This document shows, piece after piece, positions 47,785-61,099 of a stretch of 64,000 nucleotides of DNA. The notes under the pieces are model-generated. The model searched no databases. It saw only the letters and a program-made list of their open reading frames with translations, and was not told where the DNA came from. How positions within the stretch are numbered: position 1 is the stretch's first letter; each line of letters begins with the position of its first letter. The DNA lies in contig MNCI01001193.1 in assembly GCA_015680685.1 (NCBI GenBank), forward strand, positions 97,717 through 161,716. Direction: 5' to 3'. The position numbers and the translations under genes are program-made. The DNA comes from Gnetum montanum. Lineage: Eukaryota; Plantae; Gnetophyta.

Positions 47785-50700
47785 TTAGGAGGTTGAGCTG
47801 CATGATACCTCTTGTATTTCTGCTTTCCCATATTTATTTAGTGGTGGCTGTGTTTCCACTTTCCTTACTACCTCATCTAGATTATTGCAGGAAAGTCCAA
47901 GTCGATTCTCAATATCGATTGTTGATGACAAAGATGTGTATGAATCATATATCATTGATAGAACCGACTCCACTTCTTTCATGGATGACCTCAATACAGC
48001 ATCTTTGCTTGTGCAAATCAGGCCTACCCTCAATATACCTCAATGGCCTCCAAATCTTTTTCTTTCTAGATTTCAATCCCTCCACCACTATGATCTCCTC
48101 TTGTTAAGATCTGTTTTTGTTTTTCTTCTTCTATGTTTGTCTGGAACACAGTAGATACCCAATCTATTAAAGTGAGATGAGGTCCAAACATATCATTTGT
48201 GGGCTTTGTTCTTGTCATGATTTCTAAGGTCACCACTCCAAAGCTATAGACATCTCCTTTAATGGACGCATCTCCTCCAATCCTGTACTCTATCTCAAGA
48301 AGAAGCAGTATTAGGATGATATATGATAAACAGTAAATGGTAAATAACCATGGAAATTAAAAATACAAAGACATAGCTAAAACATTAATTTAGACTTTAA
48401 AATATATTTTAAGAGCAACATATCCTACAATGCCTTTGATTGCATATGATGAGGAAGATGTTGATGCTACTGCTGCTTCTGTCTGTTGTGACACGAAATG
48501 GGCTATGCCAAAATCAGAGAGCTTCACTGTTATGTCTTTGGCCAGCAACACATTATGTGGTTTAACATCACAGTGAATTACTGTGGGGCTGCAATCATGA
48601 TGAAGATAACTGAGTGCCCCAACCAACTTTTTCAATATGCATAGCCTCATTTGCAAACATAATGATCTGAATTGTCCTTCTTGTTGACCATAGAGAAGTG
48701 AATGAAGAGAACCACTGCTCATATATGGCATGACTGTGGCTTTGAAATTGTCAGAATAAACCACAGTTAAAATCCTGATAAGGTTCCTGTGGCGCAACTT
48801 TCCCAACTTTCCCAATACTTGACATTCTTTCCTGAAACTGGTTTGAGATCTATTTTCATTTAAAGGCAAGAATACCTCAACGGCTACTTGTTGCCCCTGC
48901 CAATTAAGTTAGCTCCACTGAAACATTGGGTGACTCTTTGTAATTCTTGCCCAATTAAGTTAGCGCCACTAAAACATTGGGCAAAGCTAAAACATTGGGC
49001 TACTCTTTGTAATTCTTCTATTGATAATTTCATGAATGGATTCTAGAGCTTGTTAATTAAAAAAGAAGTTGATTTGGAATTGTTCCACTTTCTCAACAAG
49101 ATCCAGATGGAAAGACTAAGAAGAACTCCACACAGGGAAGTGATGGTTATCAGCACCATTTTGAGAAGGCTCACCTTATGGGAAGTACGGTGTTTCCCTA
49201 TCTTGCATTCTATGAGACCAAAGCATCGACCGCATAGCAAAGGATTTCCAGTAAAAGACCTTTTGCTGAGATTCTTAAATATGCCCTGTCTACATGGTAC
49301 GCGCCCTTCAAAATTATTATAGGAGGAATTCAAAAACTGCAGATAAGAAAGTTTGGACAATGACTCAGGTACAGTTCCTGTGAAAAAATAACAGGACAGA
49401 TCCATGCTTCAAAGCTGTGTTAACTTGTACCCAATTTTTTCTGACAGATCTCCAGCGAAATTGTTGAAAGAGAGATTGACCTCCACTGCAGTTAACCATT
49501 CTACAATGTGAATGGCAATGTTCCCTGAGAGATGGTTGCTAGAGAGATCAATGTATTGAGCCATTTGCATCCCGCTCATCTCTTGAGGCACCCTCCCTGT
49601 TAAAGCATTTCTGGACAAGTTGAATCCAAATATAATATGTTTTAGACCAGCAACTTCTGGTGGGATTTCTCCAATCAAGTTGTTTGCTGAAAGATCTAGA
49701 TGTTCCAGTAGCAAACATTTACCCATCTGTAGAGGAATTTTTCCAGAGAAAGAATTCATGTTCTGACTAACCTCACACAAATTTGCCAGGTCACCGATGC
49801 TGGGAGAAATGGGGCCTGATAAATTATTGTGTCGGAGATAAAGGATAAGCAAGAGTGTTGCTTGCAAGAGCCAGTTCACCTGGAATGTTTCCTTGCAGTT
49901 TGTTGTAACTGAGGTGGATACACTGAATAGAAGTCATGTTCCTCATCTGTGAAGGGATGCTGCTATCTTAAAAAATTTCTGCCAACTGAAGTTCATACAG
50001 TGATGAGAGGTTTCTAACGCTGCAGGGAACTCTGCCATAGATGGTATTTCCCATTAAAAATAGTTGTTCAAGATTTGGCCAGTGAGAACCAATGTTTGAA
50101 GGTAAGATTCCGTGTAAATTAATGTATCCCATATCTAAGAATCTCAACCACCTACAATTGAAGAGGGCTTTTAATATGGGAATGGATTGATCAGAGCCGG
50201 TGCCTTCACTGTCAAGAAGTTGTTATGATCTAAGTTAAGTCATTCCAGGTGAGAAAGATTGCCCAGCCAATTAGGAAGGATTCCTTGCAAAGAGTTATGG
50301 TCGATTGCTAAATTGATAAGAGATGATGCATTCATCCATGAGTCTGATATTGCTCCATAGAATCGATTGATTGATAACTTCAGATATTTTAAGTTGGGGA
50401 AGGTAGAGATCCAGGCAGGGAGAGCACCTTGCATCCAGTTAAAATTCAGATTCATAACTGTCAATGAAGTAAGGTTTGCCATGACTGTGGAATGCTTCCT
50501 GTGAGAGAGTTTTAGAAAAGCACTAGCTCTTGCAATTTTTTTAACCTTCCTATTGACGCTGGCAGTGTTCCTTCAAACCCATTCTCGTGTAAATACAACT
50601 CAGTGAGAGAAGTGCAATTCATGAGAGAGCCGGGAATGGTGCCTTGGAGAGAGTTGGTGCTGAGATCAAGGTATTCAAGGGAAGAGAGATTTGCCAATTG

Positions 50701-51621
50701 GTGCGGAATACAGCCTTGCTAATTATTTTCACTCAGATCAAGCTTTTCAAGGAAAGCCAGCTGACCCAACTGTTGCGGAATGCTTTCATGTAGGTTATTA
50801 TTCTAAAGATAGTGCAAGTTGTCCCAATGAAATTGGAATAGTACCTGTGAGATGGTTGTTAGAGAGAGAAATCCGTCTCAGCTCTTTGAGTTCACCAGTT
50901 GACTTTGGAATTGGACCCATCAAAGAGTTATTGAAAAGAAGTAGATGCCTGAGCTGGTTGAGCTCTCCAAGATGGTGCCCTTGAGATGGTTGTCACGGAG
51001 GGAAATCTCTTTCAGGTCTTTGAGTTCACCAATTGACTTTGGAATTGAACCTGTTAAAGAGTTGTTGAAAAGGTACAGAATTTTGAGTTGGCTGAGCCTT
51101 CCAAGAGAATGAGGAATGGCGCCATCAAGAGAATTGTTGGCAAGGTAAAGATACTGCAGCGAAGACAAATTGGCCAGTTGTGGAGGAATGAGTCCGTGCA
51201 AGGCATTGGTGCCAAGGTAAAGTCCTTGAAGCTGAGGAAGCCTACCTAGTTGAGGTGGAATAACTCCAGACAATGAATTGTTAAACAGATTGAGTACCTT
51301 GAGCACAGACAAATTTGCTATGGCTGGAGATATTGATCCCTGCAGACCATTGCTGTCAAGATCCACTGAAATGACTCTTCTGCCTCCATAAGTGCCCTGA
51401 ATTTCAGTGAAGTGGCACGCATTAGCAGAGTGCGATCGCCATCTTGTAAAACAGAGTGAGGATCACTGGTGATGCATCTCTTGAAGGCAATCAAAGATTT
51501 CATGTCATTAACAGCAGCAATAGCATCATCATTTGCATTTATAGAATCAGAGTTAGCAGCAACATAAAGCAGCAGGAAACATAGTAAAGAGCAAACGGTA
51601 TAACAAAATGTTGGGTGACAT
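47785..51621 (-). pseudogene. LRR receptor-like kinase pseudogene, non-RD, LRR-XII (FLS2/EFR/Xa21-like) architecture
   Basis: Signal peptide, LRR-NT (SLIAFKRCITSDP), many LxLxxNxLxGxIP repeats, GNPLLCG cap, TM helix, kinase with HCDVKPHNVLL and DFG. One intron ~48290-48410 after GYVA; exon 2 EYRIGGDASIKGDVYSFGV. Numerous frameshifts and stops. Confidence 0.93.
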
Positions 51622-52068
51622 TTTTGTTCACTTGGCTAACTCAATGAACGGAGAACTTTGAACAAGTGCACAGCATTGCCGAGCAGTAACAGTACTGGGT
51701 TTGCAGCAAATGCAGGCTTGCTTTTGTGTATCATATGAATTTTCGACTTCATATTAATCGTGACGTTGTTTGTTGGGTATTAAAAGAATTATTAAAGAAT
51801 TTCTTTGAAGGTGGGAGGAAGGCGCAGAGGACTTTTTCGTTTGGCCCACTTCTTGGCCAACAGAACCAAAAGTGGGGTCACCCAACGCGGTGGTACGACC
51901 CGAGCACAAGGATAAGTTATTGGAGACATCCCTGCTACTTCCAGCGCGTAGGTTCTTGAGGAGGGCAGGTGCCGATGAGGCAGCGGGCACAGGTCGGATG
52001 TGGGGTAGAGTTTACGTGACCGGATCTGTCGATTTAGGGCAGCTCTTGAGCTCTTATTTATGCATGAG

Positions 52069-52270
52069 ATTTATGGTGTTTTTGAGTAAAAACACGTTGA
52101 ACAAAATAAGACAGAATAAACTTGATCAAAAGGGTATACCTAAATTGGGAAATGGGTAATTGAGCTGTTATGTATGCAAAAAATTTATGGTGTTTTTGAC
52201 CAAAAACACATTGAACAAACAAAGACAGCAAAATTGATCAAAATGGTAGAACTGAATTAAGAAATGGGTA
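52069..52270. repeat. Diverged ~114-bp tandem duplication upstream of the LRR-RLK
   Basis: atttatggtgtttttga..aaaaacac.ttgaacaaa...ttgatcaaaa.ggta...gaaatgggtaa occurs twice. Confidence 0.85.
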
Positions 52271-53218
52271 AAGAACAAAGGATAAATGAGTGATTCCGTT
52301 TTCATCTTTCTCGGTTGAACAGTAGCTTGGTTAACATCATATTATTTAAAATCATATAGACCAATTTATAAATAAATATATATATATATCTAAACTAGTA
52401 TTAGAATTCTCTATTCATCAAAACTAGGGGTCACCCAATGAAAATTTCGAAACTTCGACTTGACTTAACTTTGGAAGATGAGTGGATGACAATGAGAATA
52501 CGATTCCAACCTTATAATTTCATCTCCACTTCATCTCTAATGTAAAGCACCTGTTAAGTGGAACAGATATTACAATTAAGTGGAACAGATATTACAATAA
52601 TTGCAAGGCTCCAACAATAAATGTCATGGGAATAGCAATTGTTGACTGCTTTTTAAAATATGGGTAAGCTTTTATTGATTCATAACCTTTTAACCTTTCA
52701 TACACCATGAGTCAAGTCAACTTGGAATTATTGTTTTTATTTACATAAATAGTCATTGAAATAGAAGCATAAAATCTATTTATCAAGTTGAACAAAATCA
52801 AAGATAAAAAAGGTAAACACCATGGTATATTATGAAGTATTTTGGTAATAGACAAAAATTTTAGATAGATAAAAATTTTATTTTCAAAAATTATTAAGAT
52901 CATTAAATTTTAAAAAGAAGATACTGAATAAGAAAAGCTAAATTTTGGATTGGCCAATTAATTTTACTTCTTCAATATGAAGATAACCTTATTTTAAATG
53001 AAAAATGGAAAACTCTACAGAATATTGATTATGGCATGTTCTCATTCCTAATTCTTAACCAGTGTTGTGATTATCGGTAAAAATACCTTCATGAAAGATG
53101 ACATCATTAAGAGAAAATATCTCTGAAAAAAAAATATTAAAGATTTGATGGACCAGCAAATTGGAGAATTATTTATTGGAGTCCATCCAATAAATAAGTC
53201 CATCTACACAGCACGGCA

Positions 53219-53290
53219 TATTGGAGTCGATCTGTATTGGAGTCGATTTGTGTTGTAGTCGATCTGTATTGGAGTCGATTTGTGTTGTAG
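53219..53290. repeat. 16-bp minisatellite
   Basis: (t[a/g]ttg[g/t]agtcgat[c/t]tg) repeated ~4.5 times. Confidence 0.85.
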
Positions 53291-53934
53291 AGGTAAATGT
53301 GAAAGATGAATTAATTATTCCAATGTGAAAAAGCGTGTATGTAATTCCGCTTAGATTTTGTGGTCGAGGTTTCATAGATGCTGATTCACAAGCAATGTAC
53401 TTCACAAGCAATGTACTTCTTTTCCAAGAGACACATTGCTGGACTCATCATGATATTTGTCGAGCTCACTCATAAATAAAATAAAATAAATAAAGTCGTT
53501 ACCCATTTGCATTAAAAAGAAAGAAAAATCAAACCTAAACAAAACAAAAACGTTGGTGCAAGGAAGGAAGAACCCATGTAGCACCAAAATATGGAGCATT
53601 GCAATGAAATGTCAGTCTCCATGGAACTTTTGCATTCTATTTTATTAGGATGAACTTATGAAGTAGCTGAGGTGAATGTCATGTGCAATGCTTGTTATAT
53701 GTAACCTTTGGATGTTGAATTTTTGCTAACAATCATTTGAGGATGAAGTGGCAACTTTTGGCTTTTCTATTCCATCTATTTTATTTAGTTTAACAAATGA
53801 TAATGATGATTAAAAATAGTGATAACGCTATGTACACATGGGCTGCATGGTTAATGTATGGTGTAGGATAAAGATTATATTTTTCATTGATCTATTCACA
53901 CAAAAGCATCTTGTTAGTACCAATCGATTTATGA

Positions 53935-54900
53935 AATGCCTTTGATGAGTTGATTGTTCAACAAAAGCTAAGTAAGGTGACCCATTACAATTCAATGTAT
54001 AAGAAATGAATGAACCAACATTACAATGGATAAGAAATGAATGAATGAACCAATGAAAAACATTTCAACAATTGGAAGAGTCAAAAAATGAATGAATGGA
54101 CTATTCTATTCCAAGTGTTGTCTTCCCTAAAGCACAAGTATGAATATGAATGTAAATTATGAATGTATTGGTTGTCACTGACAATAGGACATATCTAGTG
54201 TCATTATATAAAAATTTTCAATGATGCTTTCATGAATTTTCTTTCAAAACAAGCCAAGCATGGTGATTGGTTGCAATTCAATGAAAAAGAAATGAATGAA
54301 AGAATAATACAAAGGATAAGAAATGAATGAATGAATCAATGAAGGTCATTGCAATAGTTGAATAAGTCCAAGTATAAATGATTGGACCATTCTATTCCAA
54401 GTGCCCATGCCTTCTTTAAAGTATGTAATTTCATTTAAAATTTGTATTGGTTGTGACAATGGGTCACTTCTAGACTTGCCATTACATAAAAATTTTCAAC
54501 AATGCCTTCATGAGTTGATTCTTTCAATACAATGGATAAGAAATGAATGAATCATGATTCTTTCCATACATACTATGCAATACAATGGATAACAAATGAT
54601 ACAATGATACAAAACGATTGGATGAACCAATGAATGTCATTGCAATAGTTGGAAGAATCTAAATATGAATGAATGGAGTATTCTATTGTAAGTGTCTTTG
54701 TCTTCTCTAAAGCACATAATTACATTTAACTTTTCTATTGGTTGTTTGATTAACAATAGCATATCTCTAGAGTAGTCATTACATAAGAAACCAATAAGTG
54801 AACACAATGATCAGAAACAAATGAATGAACCAATGAAATTTATTGCAATAATTGAAGAAGTCCACAAATGAGATGAATGAACTATTCTATTCCAAGTGTC
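53935..54900. repeat. Diverged tandem array, ~280-290-bp unit, ~3.5 copies, GAAT-rich
   Basis: Landmark attctatt(cc/gt)aagtg recurs at ~54103, 54389, 54680 and 54884; tacaatggataagaaatgaatgaa recurs. Confidence 0.8.
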
Positions 54901-55769
54901 TCTATCTACTTAATTGACTAGAGCGTAGAGACAAAATGTTCATTAATTAATGTTCTATGTTGTAGATGTGTTCCATGCATACCTAGCTATCTTAACTATT
55001 AGCAACACACTCACATTTACATTTCAATAATAAAGTCCTTTGTTTGTATTTCTTAAGGAAAAAAAAAGTCCATTGCACATTGCCAAAAGAACCCATGATT
55101 TGCTAACAAAGTTTATGGTAACTCACACGTAATGCTTTTAGTAATCGTAAAGAAAGGCAGCTATATGTTCTAGAGTTGTTTCATTAATACTCAAGTCCAT
55201 GAGCAATAGAAACTATGTAATGAGTTAGGAACGAATGTTTTGTAGGATCAAATAGATTTAAAGTAACATGTCATGTCATCCCAACATGAAAACAAGAAAT
55301 TGGAGTACAGATAGCTATAAGGCTACAAGCACCAATAAGGGTTGCAATTAAAATTAGCAATGCATAGGATTTTTGAAAAATAAAGGTTGTAATTAAAATT
55401 AGTAGTATATCAATTTTTTGAATAATAATAATAATAATAATATATGCAATACACCATGATTGGAATGGGATACCATTATAAATTAGTCAAGGTAGGCACA
55501 AAATTGAGAAGCTTAAAGGATGCATTATCATTTTTTTTGAAAGGCGAAGTATGGTGAAATGTGAAAGGGTGAGCATTGGTTATTGCTTGAGACCTAGTGA
55601 AAAAGCTTTTTTGTTGGTTGATAATTAGTAATGAAAAATGGAAAGAAGATATAAAACTAGATATATGAATTTGAAGGGTTACATTAATAATGCCAAGAAA
55701 ATTTTAAATTCATCTTAAAAGCAATGTAAAAAAGTATCTAGAATTTTATTTTTTTTAAAAAAATGAATA

Positions 55770-55930
55770 TAGTGGCTAGTAGCACAATTGCCTCACCACA
55801 ACAGTTTAAATGTGACCCACCAAACAAGAGTGTCCTACCATAAGGCTATTGCACTTCTATGACACCTATAACCAAGGCAGGAATTGAACCCACAACCTTC
55901 CAACTAAAAGTGATTATCTTGATCACATGA
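55770..55930 (-). mobile_element. tRNA-derived SINE
   Basis: Minus-strand B-box GGTTCAATTCC (55880-55890); homologous to 20890-21062. Confidence 0.6.
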
Positions 55931-56905
55931 TTTTAATTACAATGCACTATTGATTTTTAATAAGATTAATTCTTGGTACTTTACAAAATATGTTACATAA
56001 TTCTTTTTTATTCATCATTCATAAATGGATGTGACTTTTCTCTCTCCAACAAGTTATCATAATTATCAATGTTGTCAATAGTGTGAATGGTTCGATGTTA
56101 GAGTTTAGTTGCAATTCTCTTAGTGAGAACTCTCTATTATAACTACATAGGTTGGATGAAATTTTCATTTTACTCTTTTCCTAAGAGTATTTATCATTAC
56201 TTTAACTAGATGGGTTAAGATGACTGTTACATTTTAATCTTCTTTGATAAAAAGGACTTGACTCTAATGTTACATAAGTTAGATGAGATTTTTATTTTAG
56301 TGTAATGTTTAAAATGGTATCTTTTTCAAGAGACCTACGCAACCTTTTTTCACAAAAAATATTCTTGACTAGGCACATTTATTCATAATTGGATTTTTAT
56401 GTCCTACCTTTGTTTCCCCAAAAGGTTCTTTTGTCACTAAGCAAATTTGGAAATCTTGCTTACATATTAGTAAGTTATGGAATTTTAGCAAAATCACAAC
56501 CCTCTTCAATGCCATGGATGATATCTCTCCCTAGTGGTTGCCTATTCATGGTCTACGTCTTGCTATTGCAAGATCTCAATTAGCTTTTTCTTGGTTCCAA
56601 TGAGGTGTTATTTTTATATCCTTAATACACTCATAGAATTAGTGGATTTCTTGGTCTAAATTTCAAGCTATCGATAGTATTTCTAATTGTATGAGAAATA
56701 CTTTTTTGAGTATCATTTGGTAGTTTGAAGGTTTCATTACCTATTTAGCTACCTTTGAATCTATTTTTGCTAGTCTTAAGTGTTAGGTCTCCATTTGGGA
56801 ATAGAACCATTTTGTAACAAAGATGGTTTCTCTTTGTAATAAATGATGTAATTTTTGTAATAAGATCCAAAAGAGCAAGTTGTAATAAGACACAAAAGGG
56901 CACAT

Positions 56906-57313
56906 TGTAATAATGGATATGTCTCTAGAGGTGACCTTTAGGGATTTGACCTAAGGTATTTATACCTAAGAATTAGAGGTTGTGCCATCATGGAGTTATG
57001 GAGTCGAAAGAGATGAGTAATGAGTATAGGTGAAGCGAGATAGGAAGGTGACTAGCCATCTCCTCTGGCTAGGTATAGGCCTAATTATGATGGTAGTGCC
57101 AGATTGCCTCTAAGGGATAGATGGTAAAAGAAAATAATGCCAAAGAACCCTTAGAGCATAACCCAAATACATTATTTCCACATAAATAAAGTTTCATTGT
57201 AAGTTCCTTCTACATTTTCCCTATTGCATTCTTTGTACACAATGTTGAATATTATGCATATTTGACTTTTGCCATGATATATGGGAATGAGATGTCACAA
57301 TTGGTATCAAAGC
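56906..57313 (+). mobile_element. Short LTR (~390 bp) followed by a tRNA-iMet PBS
   Basis: TGTAA...TGTCACA (ends 57299), then TGGTATCAAAGC (57302-57313), 1 mismatch to TGGTATCAGAGC. LTR start uncertain. Confidence 0.6.
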
Positions 57314-57699
57314 AAACTACAATCTGGGGCTAATCAAAATTAAGGGCCAACTACAACTCAAGGACAAACCATAAACCGCTATCTAGGGAGAACTACAAAC
57401 CTTCGCCAAATGTCCATCATGTCCAAGATGAACTATGCAAATAAGAAGATTCCTTTCTAGTGATTTCCATGGATATTTGTGACTAGAGTTTGATAAGTTC
57501 TAACCAAACACATGGTGTACCCACTTTAGAATTTTGTTTTTTTTTCTTGCATAAGTCAAAGTCTTGGGTACATTCTATGGCTTCTTAGTTCATGGCCATC
57601 TTTAGCAGTCTAGATTTTATATCTTGCGTCATTTATAACATAGTTTCTAGATCTTTATCTTTAGCTTGCCATAAGTGATTTCTCATGTCACTAACAACA

Positions 57700-58810
57700 T
57701 CATTTTGGCTCTCTTATGGCTCCCATTCTCGATGTCCAATGTCATCTCCAGCATCGATTCTATTTCTAGCTTTTAACATCTAGTGTTAGTATCACTTTTG
57801 ATGTCTAGTGTCAATACTTTTGTAACATATTAGCATTTTCACATCCAACGTGAACTTGCATTTGATATTTGACATTCATTTTCACAACAATTATCTATAC
57901 ATCGATTTTGCTACCCAAAATATTTTATAACCTTCTAGAAGATTCTGTGGGCTCTAATGCATTGTTTCTTCATTATCTACAAGGCATTTTGGCCTATAGA
58001 TGGGAGGATACTCCTAAATGGAAATGGCATTTATGGTTAGCATTTGTTAGCACTTGTTAGGCTTTTAGAACTTTTAGTTCATGCTCTTAGCTAGCATTTT
58101 GCTCTGTGTGTGTGTGTGTGTGTTTGGAGATATCAAATCCTTTGATTTCTCTCTCTCTTTTCTTGCTGATGCATTTGTATCCTTCTCATGCTATCATATT
58201 GACATAGAGAGGATCAATCAAAATTAGATTAACACATCGATTTGATCCATCCCTTTTCTTCATCAGCTACTCAATCTATAAGCATTCTTATAAGATCTAC
58301 ATTAGGTGCATGTGTCAAAGATATAATAGGATAACAAGTTCCTCATGATAAGTCTTTGATCCCTCGTACATCTTTTAGAACATTCTTAGCAAGTTCCCAT
58401 TCTTTGAATTCTATTGTAATCTAGATATGCCTATTTCATTTATTTTTGTTTCTTGTGTTGTTGAGATCTACTTCAAATTTGTTTTCTACATTTTCCTTTT
58501 TTGGATTTGATGCATTAACAAAATAGATCTACTTTGTTTCACATATTGTTTCTATTACCAACAACATGTCACACTGTTCTACTTTAATATGCACTATATG
58601 CATTTTTTGTCTATTTTCTATTAGCTATTCCATGAATGCACAGTCTCTTTTTTCTTAATATCCACTAATGTTTGGTGAAAATGTTTGGCTTAGATTGTTG
58701 AATTTTTCCAATAATCTGCAAGTCCCCTTTTAATTTGAGGGAAATTAGTTAAAAAATTACATTTACAAGAGTGTTTGGTGGTTATGAGATTGCCTCACTC
58801 AATTTTTCAT
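57700..58810 (+). repeat. Decayed LTR-like repeat related to 27000-28293
   Basis: Shares the blocks listed for 27000-28293; includes (TG)n at ~58105. Confidence 0.55.
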
Positions 58811-60310
58811 TAGGTTGTGTTGGATCTTATATTGTGACGTTCCCTACCACAACAACATCAACAAGGTACATCAACTATAAGAGACTCTTGTAAGACAAGG
58901 GTAACATCAGTAAAGGTACCTCCTATCCATTTTATAATAATGTAAAAATTTTTCTTAGTCATCTAAAATAATCCTTATGTTCCTTTCATAAGGTTGGAAG
59001 TCACAACTAAGTCTTTCAAGACATTACCTTGTTATTAGATTTTAGTCATTCCTAGAACACTCAAACCTCAGTAACTTAGTATTACATATTCCTCTTTAGA
59101 GAAAGTTAAACTATCCTTAAGATCCATCATCCTACTTAACTAGTAAGGGGCATTAGGAAGGAGTTGGTAGGGAAACTGACACTTACTAGATAATAATAAG
59201 GTCTTATACCCTGCTAAACTTATCTTTAGAGCTAAGCAAATTGAGCTTGATAATCCTTATCTCATTCATTATGTCTACTTTTTATTTATAATCAAACTAA
59301 AGTTACTTAGAAGTCTCCATGATGCTCATACATCAACTTCTTAAGGCCAAGTTGGAAAAACATATTATTTTAATCTTTCAAAACTATGAAAATACACCTT
59401 AGTTTTTAGACATTAAAAAATATCCAATATGTAATACTCATCGAGATGATTCCAATGGTATCAATTTTGTGTCAATTAGAATTACAGTTTGGGAGATATC
59501 ACCATTTGAAGTTTCTCATAAAACATGCTCTAATTATGAATTTCTTGGTGTCTATGAGCACCAGGAACACCATAGGTCCATACTGGCTAGCAACTAAAAG
59601 AACTAGAGGTCCCTATTAACTGGTGTTGGCAAATTTAAAAACTTCATCAATTGATGGAAAAAATTGGATTTTTGATGTTAAAATTTAGAATTTCAAATTT
59701 AAATATTTGGACAGGTTAAATTTGATCAAATTGGTCAAACTAGTACTTTAGTATATGAGAAATAAAAAACTATGTAATTAAGTGTGCTTGTCCAAGACTA
59801 GTACTAGGATGGATGAGCTCTTGGAAAGTCTTAAATTTGTGCCCAAAATTTGAACTTCAAAAGCCATACTGTTTGATATTGGAAGTTTTTTTTTTTGATG
59901 AATGAATAGTTGTTTCTAGTAGATTTTAGCCTCCTGGATGCAATTGTGAAGTCAAATATATCCTATGAAACTTCAAAAATTAGTTTTTTAATCCTTGTTC
60001 TTAAACCATACCTTAAAAGCCTTGGGAGTTAGATTTAGCATATCTTGGACATTCAATGTCCATTGTTAACATATGAATAGTTATTATTGACATTTTTTAG
60101 CTTTTGAAATCTAATAATGATGTCAAATCAAGCATCAAGGTAACCAATTATTTTATGAAAGTTTAAACCACACCTTAATAGGCCATAACCTAGACTAACT
60201 AATCATGCTTAATAATCTAATTGTTGGGAATAATAAATCTAATCTTTTTATGCCATATTGGGCCTAGTGATTAGGTGCTTAGGTTATTTTTATAATTAAA
60301 TCTAGATCTT

Positions 60311-61099
60311 TGATTAGTAGTGGAGGATCCAACACTTAACTATACAATTCAAAAGTGTTCACGTGCGACCCAATCATAATTTGTGGATGGACAATGTTAT
60401 TATGCTAGTAATTGGTGTTAAGTTTGTGATCATTGTCTTTCCACTTCAAGTTAGTGAAGGTTAAGTGTATGGGTTAGCTCTTAGTGAGGCATATAATTAG
60501 TTGATATTGTTAGACCCTTAATACTCCTAGTTACAAGAATAATGAAAGTTAAGTATAATAATCTAAATCTAATTAATAATAATAATGTAAATCTACTCTA
60601 GCCTATAGTGATGAGCATCCAGTCCTAGCTTACTGTACACACCTTAGGCTTATATAACCATTATTGGGTTATCAAGTGTTATGCTATTGGGCAAACCAAG
60701 CAATAACACTACTAGGATTACCAAACGATTACACTTAAATGCTCGAAACTAGTTGTACTCATTCTGCTTTAATAATAAAGAAAGTAAAGCACTTAGAAAT
60801 GTAAATGATTAAACTAAGAAAACAATGAAAACTATGCTAAGTAAAAAAATAAAACTAATGGATGCTACAATGATGAAAAGTAATCTTGATGTTTATTTCC
60901 AAACATGAACTATGCCCAAGGACACTTCACTCAAATAAAGATTCTGTACAACTACTCTACACCACACTGTAGGCATTCAATCTATCACTAAAACTATGAA
61001 AACAAACTGCAAGAGTCTACCTAAGGTTGTAAATAAAATGTTATTGGATTGTTTGTCCAAGTGTTGTATTTATCGGGGTTCATACATTTAGAGACACTG
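60311..61099 (-). mobile_element. Old LTR of the Athila-like family, interrupted by the younger element at 61100
   Basis: Begins TGATTAGTAGTGGAGG, colinear with TGATGAGTGGCGAGG. Shares gatgagcatcc, actaggattacca, agttgtactcatt and ggatgct.caatgatgaa. Confidence 0.75.

Noticed and set aside
47682-49322. Plus-strand ORFs overlapping the RLK
   Set aside because: Antisense shadows of the kinase/LRR coding strand.
52700-53170. Possible endogenous viral or transposase fragment
   Set aside because: No diagnostic motif in the frames I read.
53935-54900. CRISPR-like repeat/spacer pattern
   Set aside because: Whole units are homologous, so there are no unique spacers; the context is eukaryotic with no cas genes.
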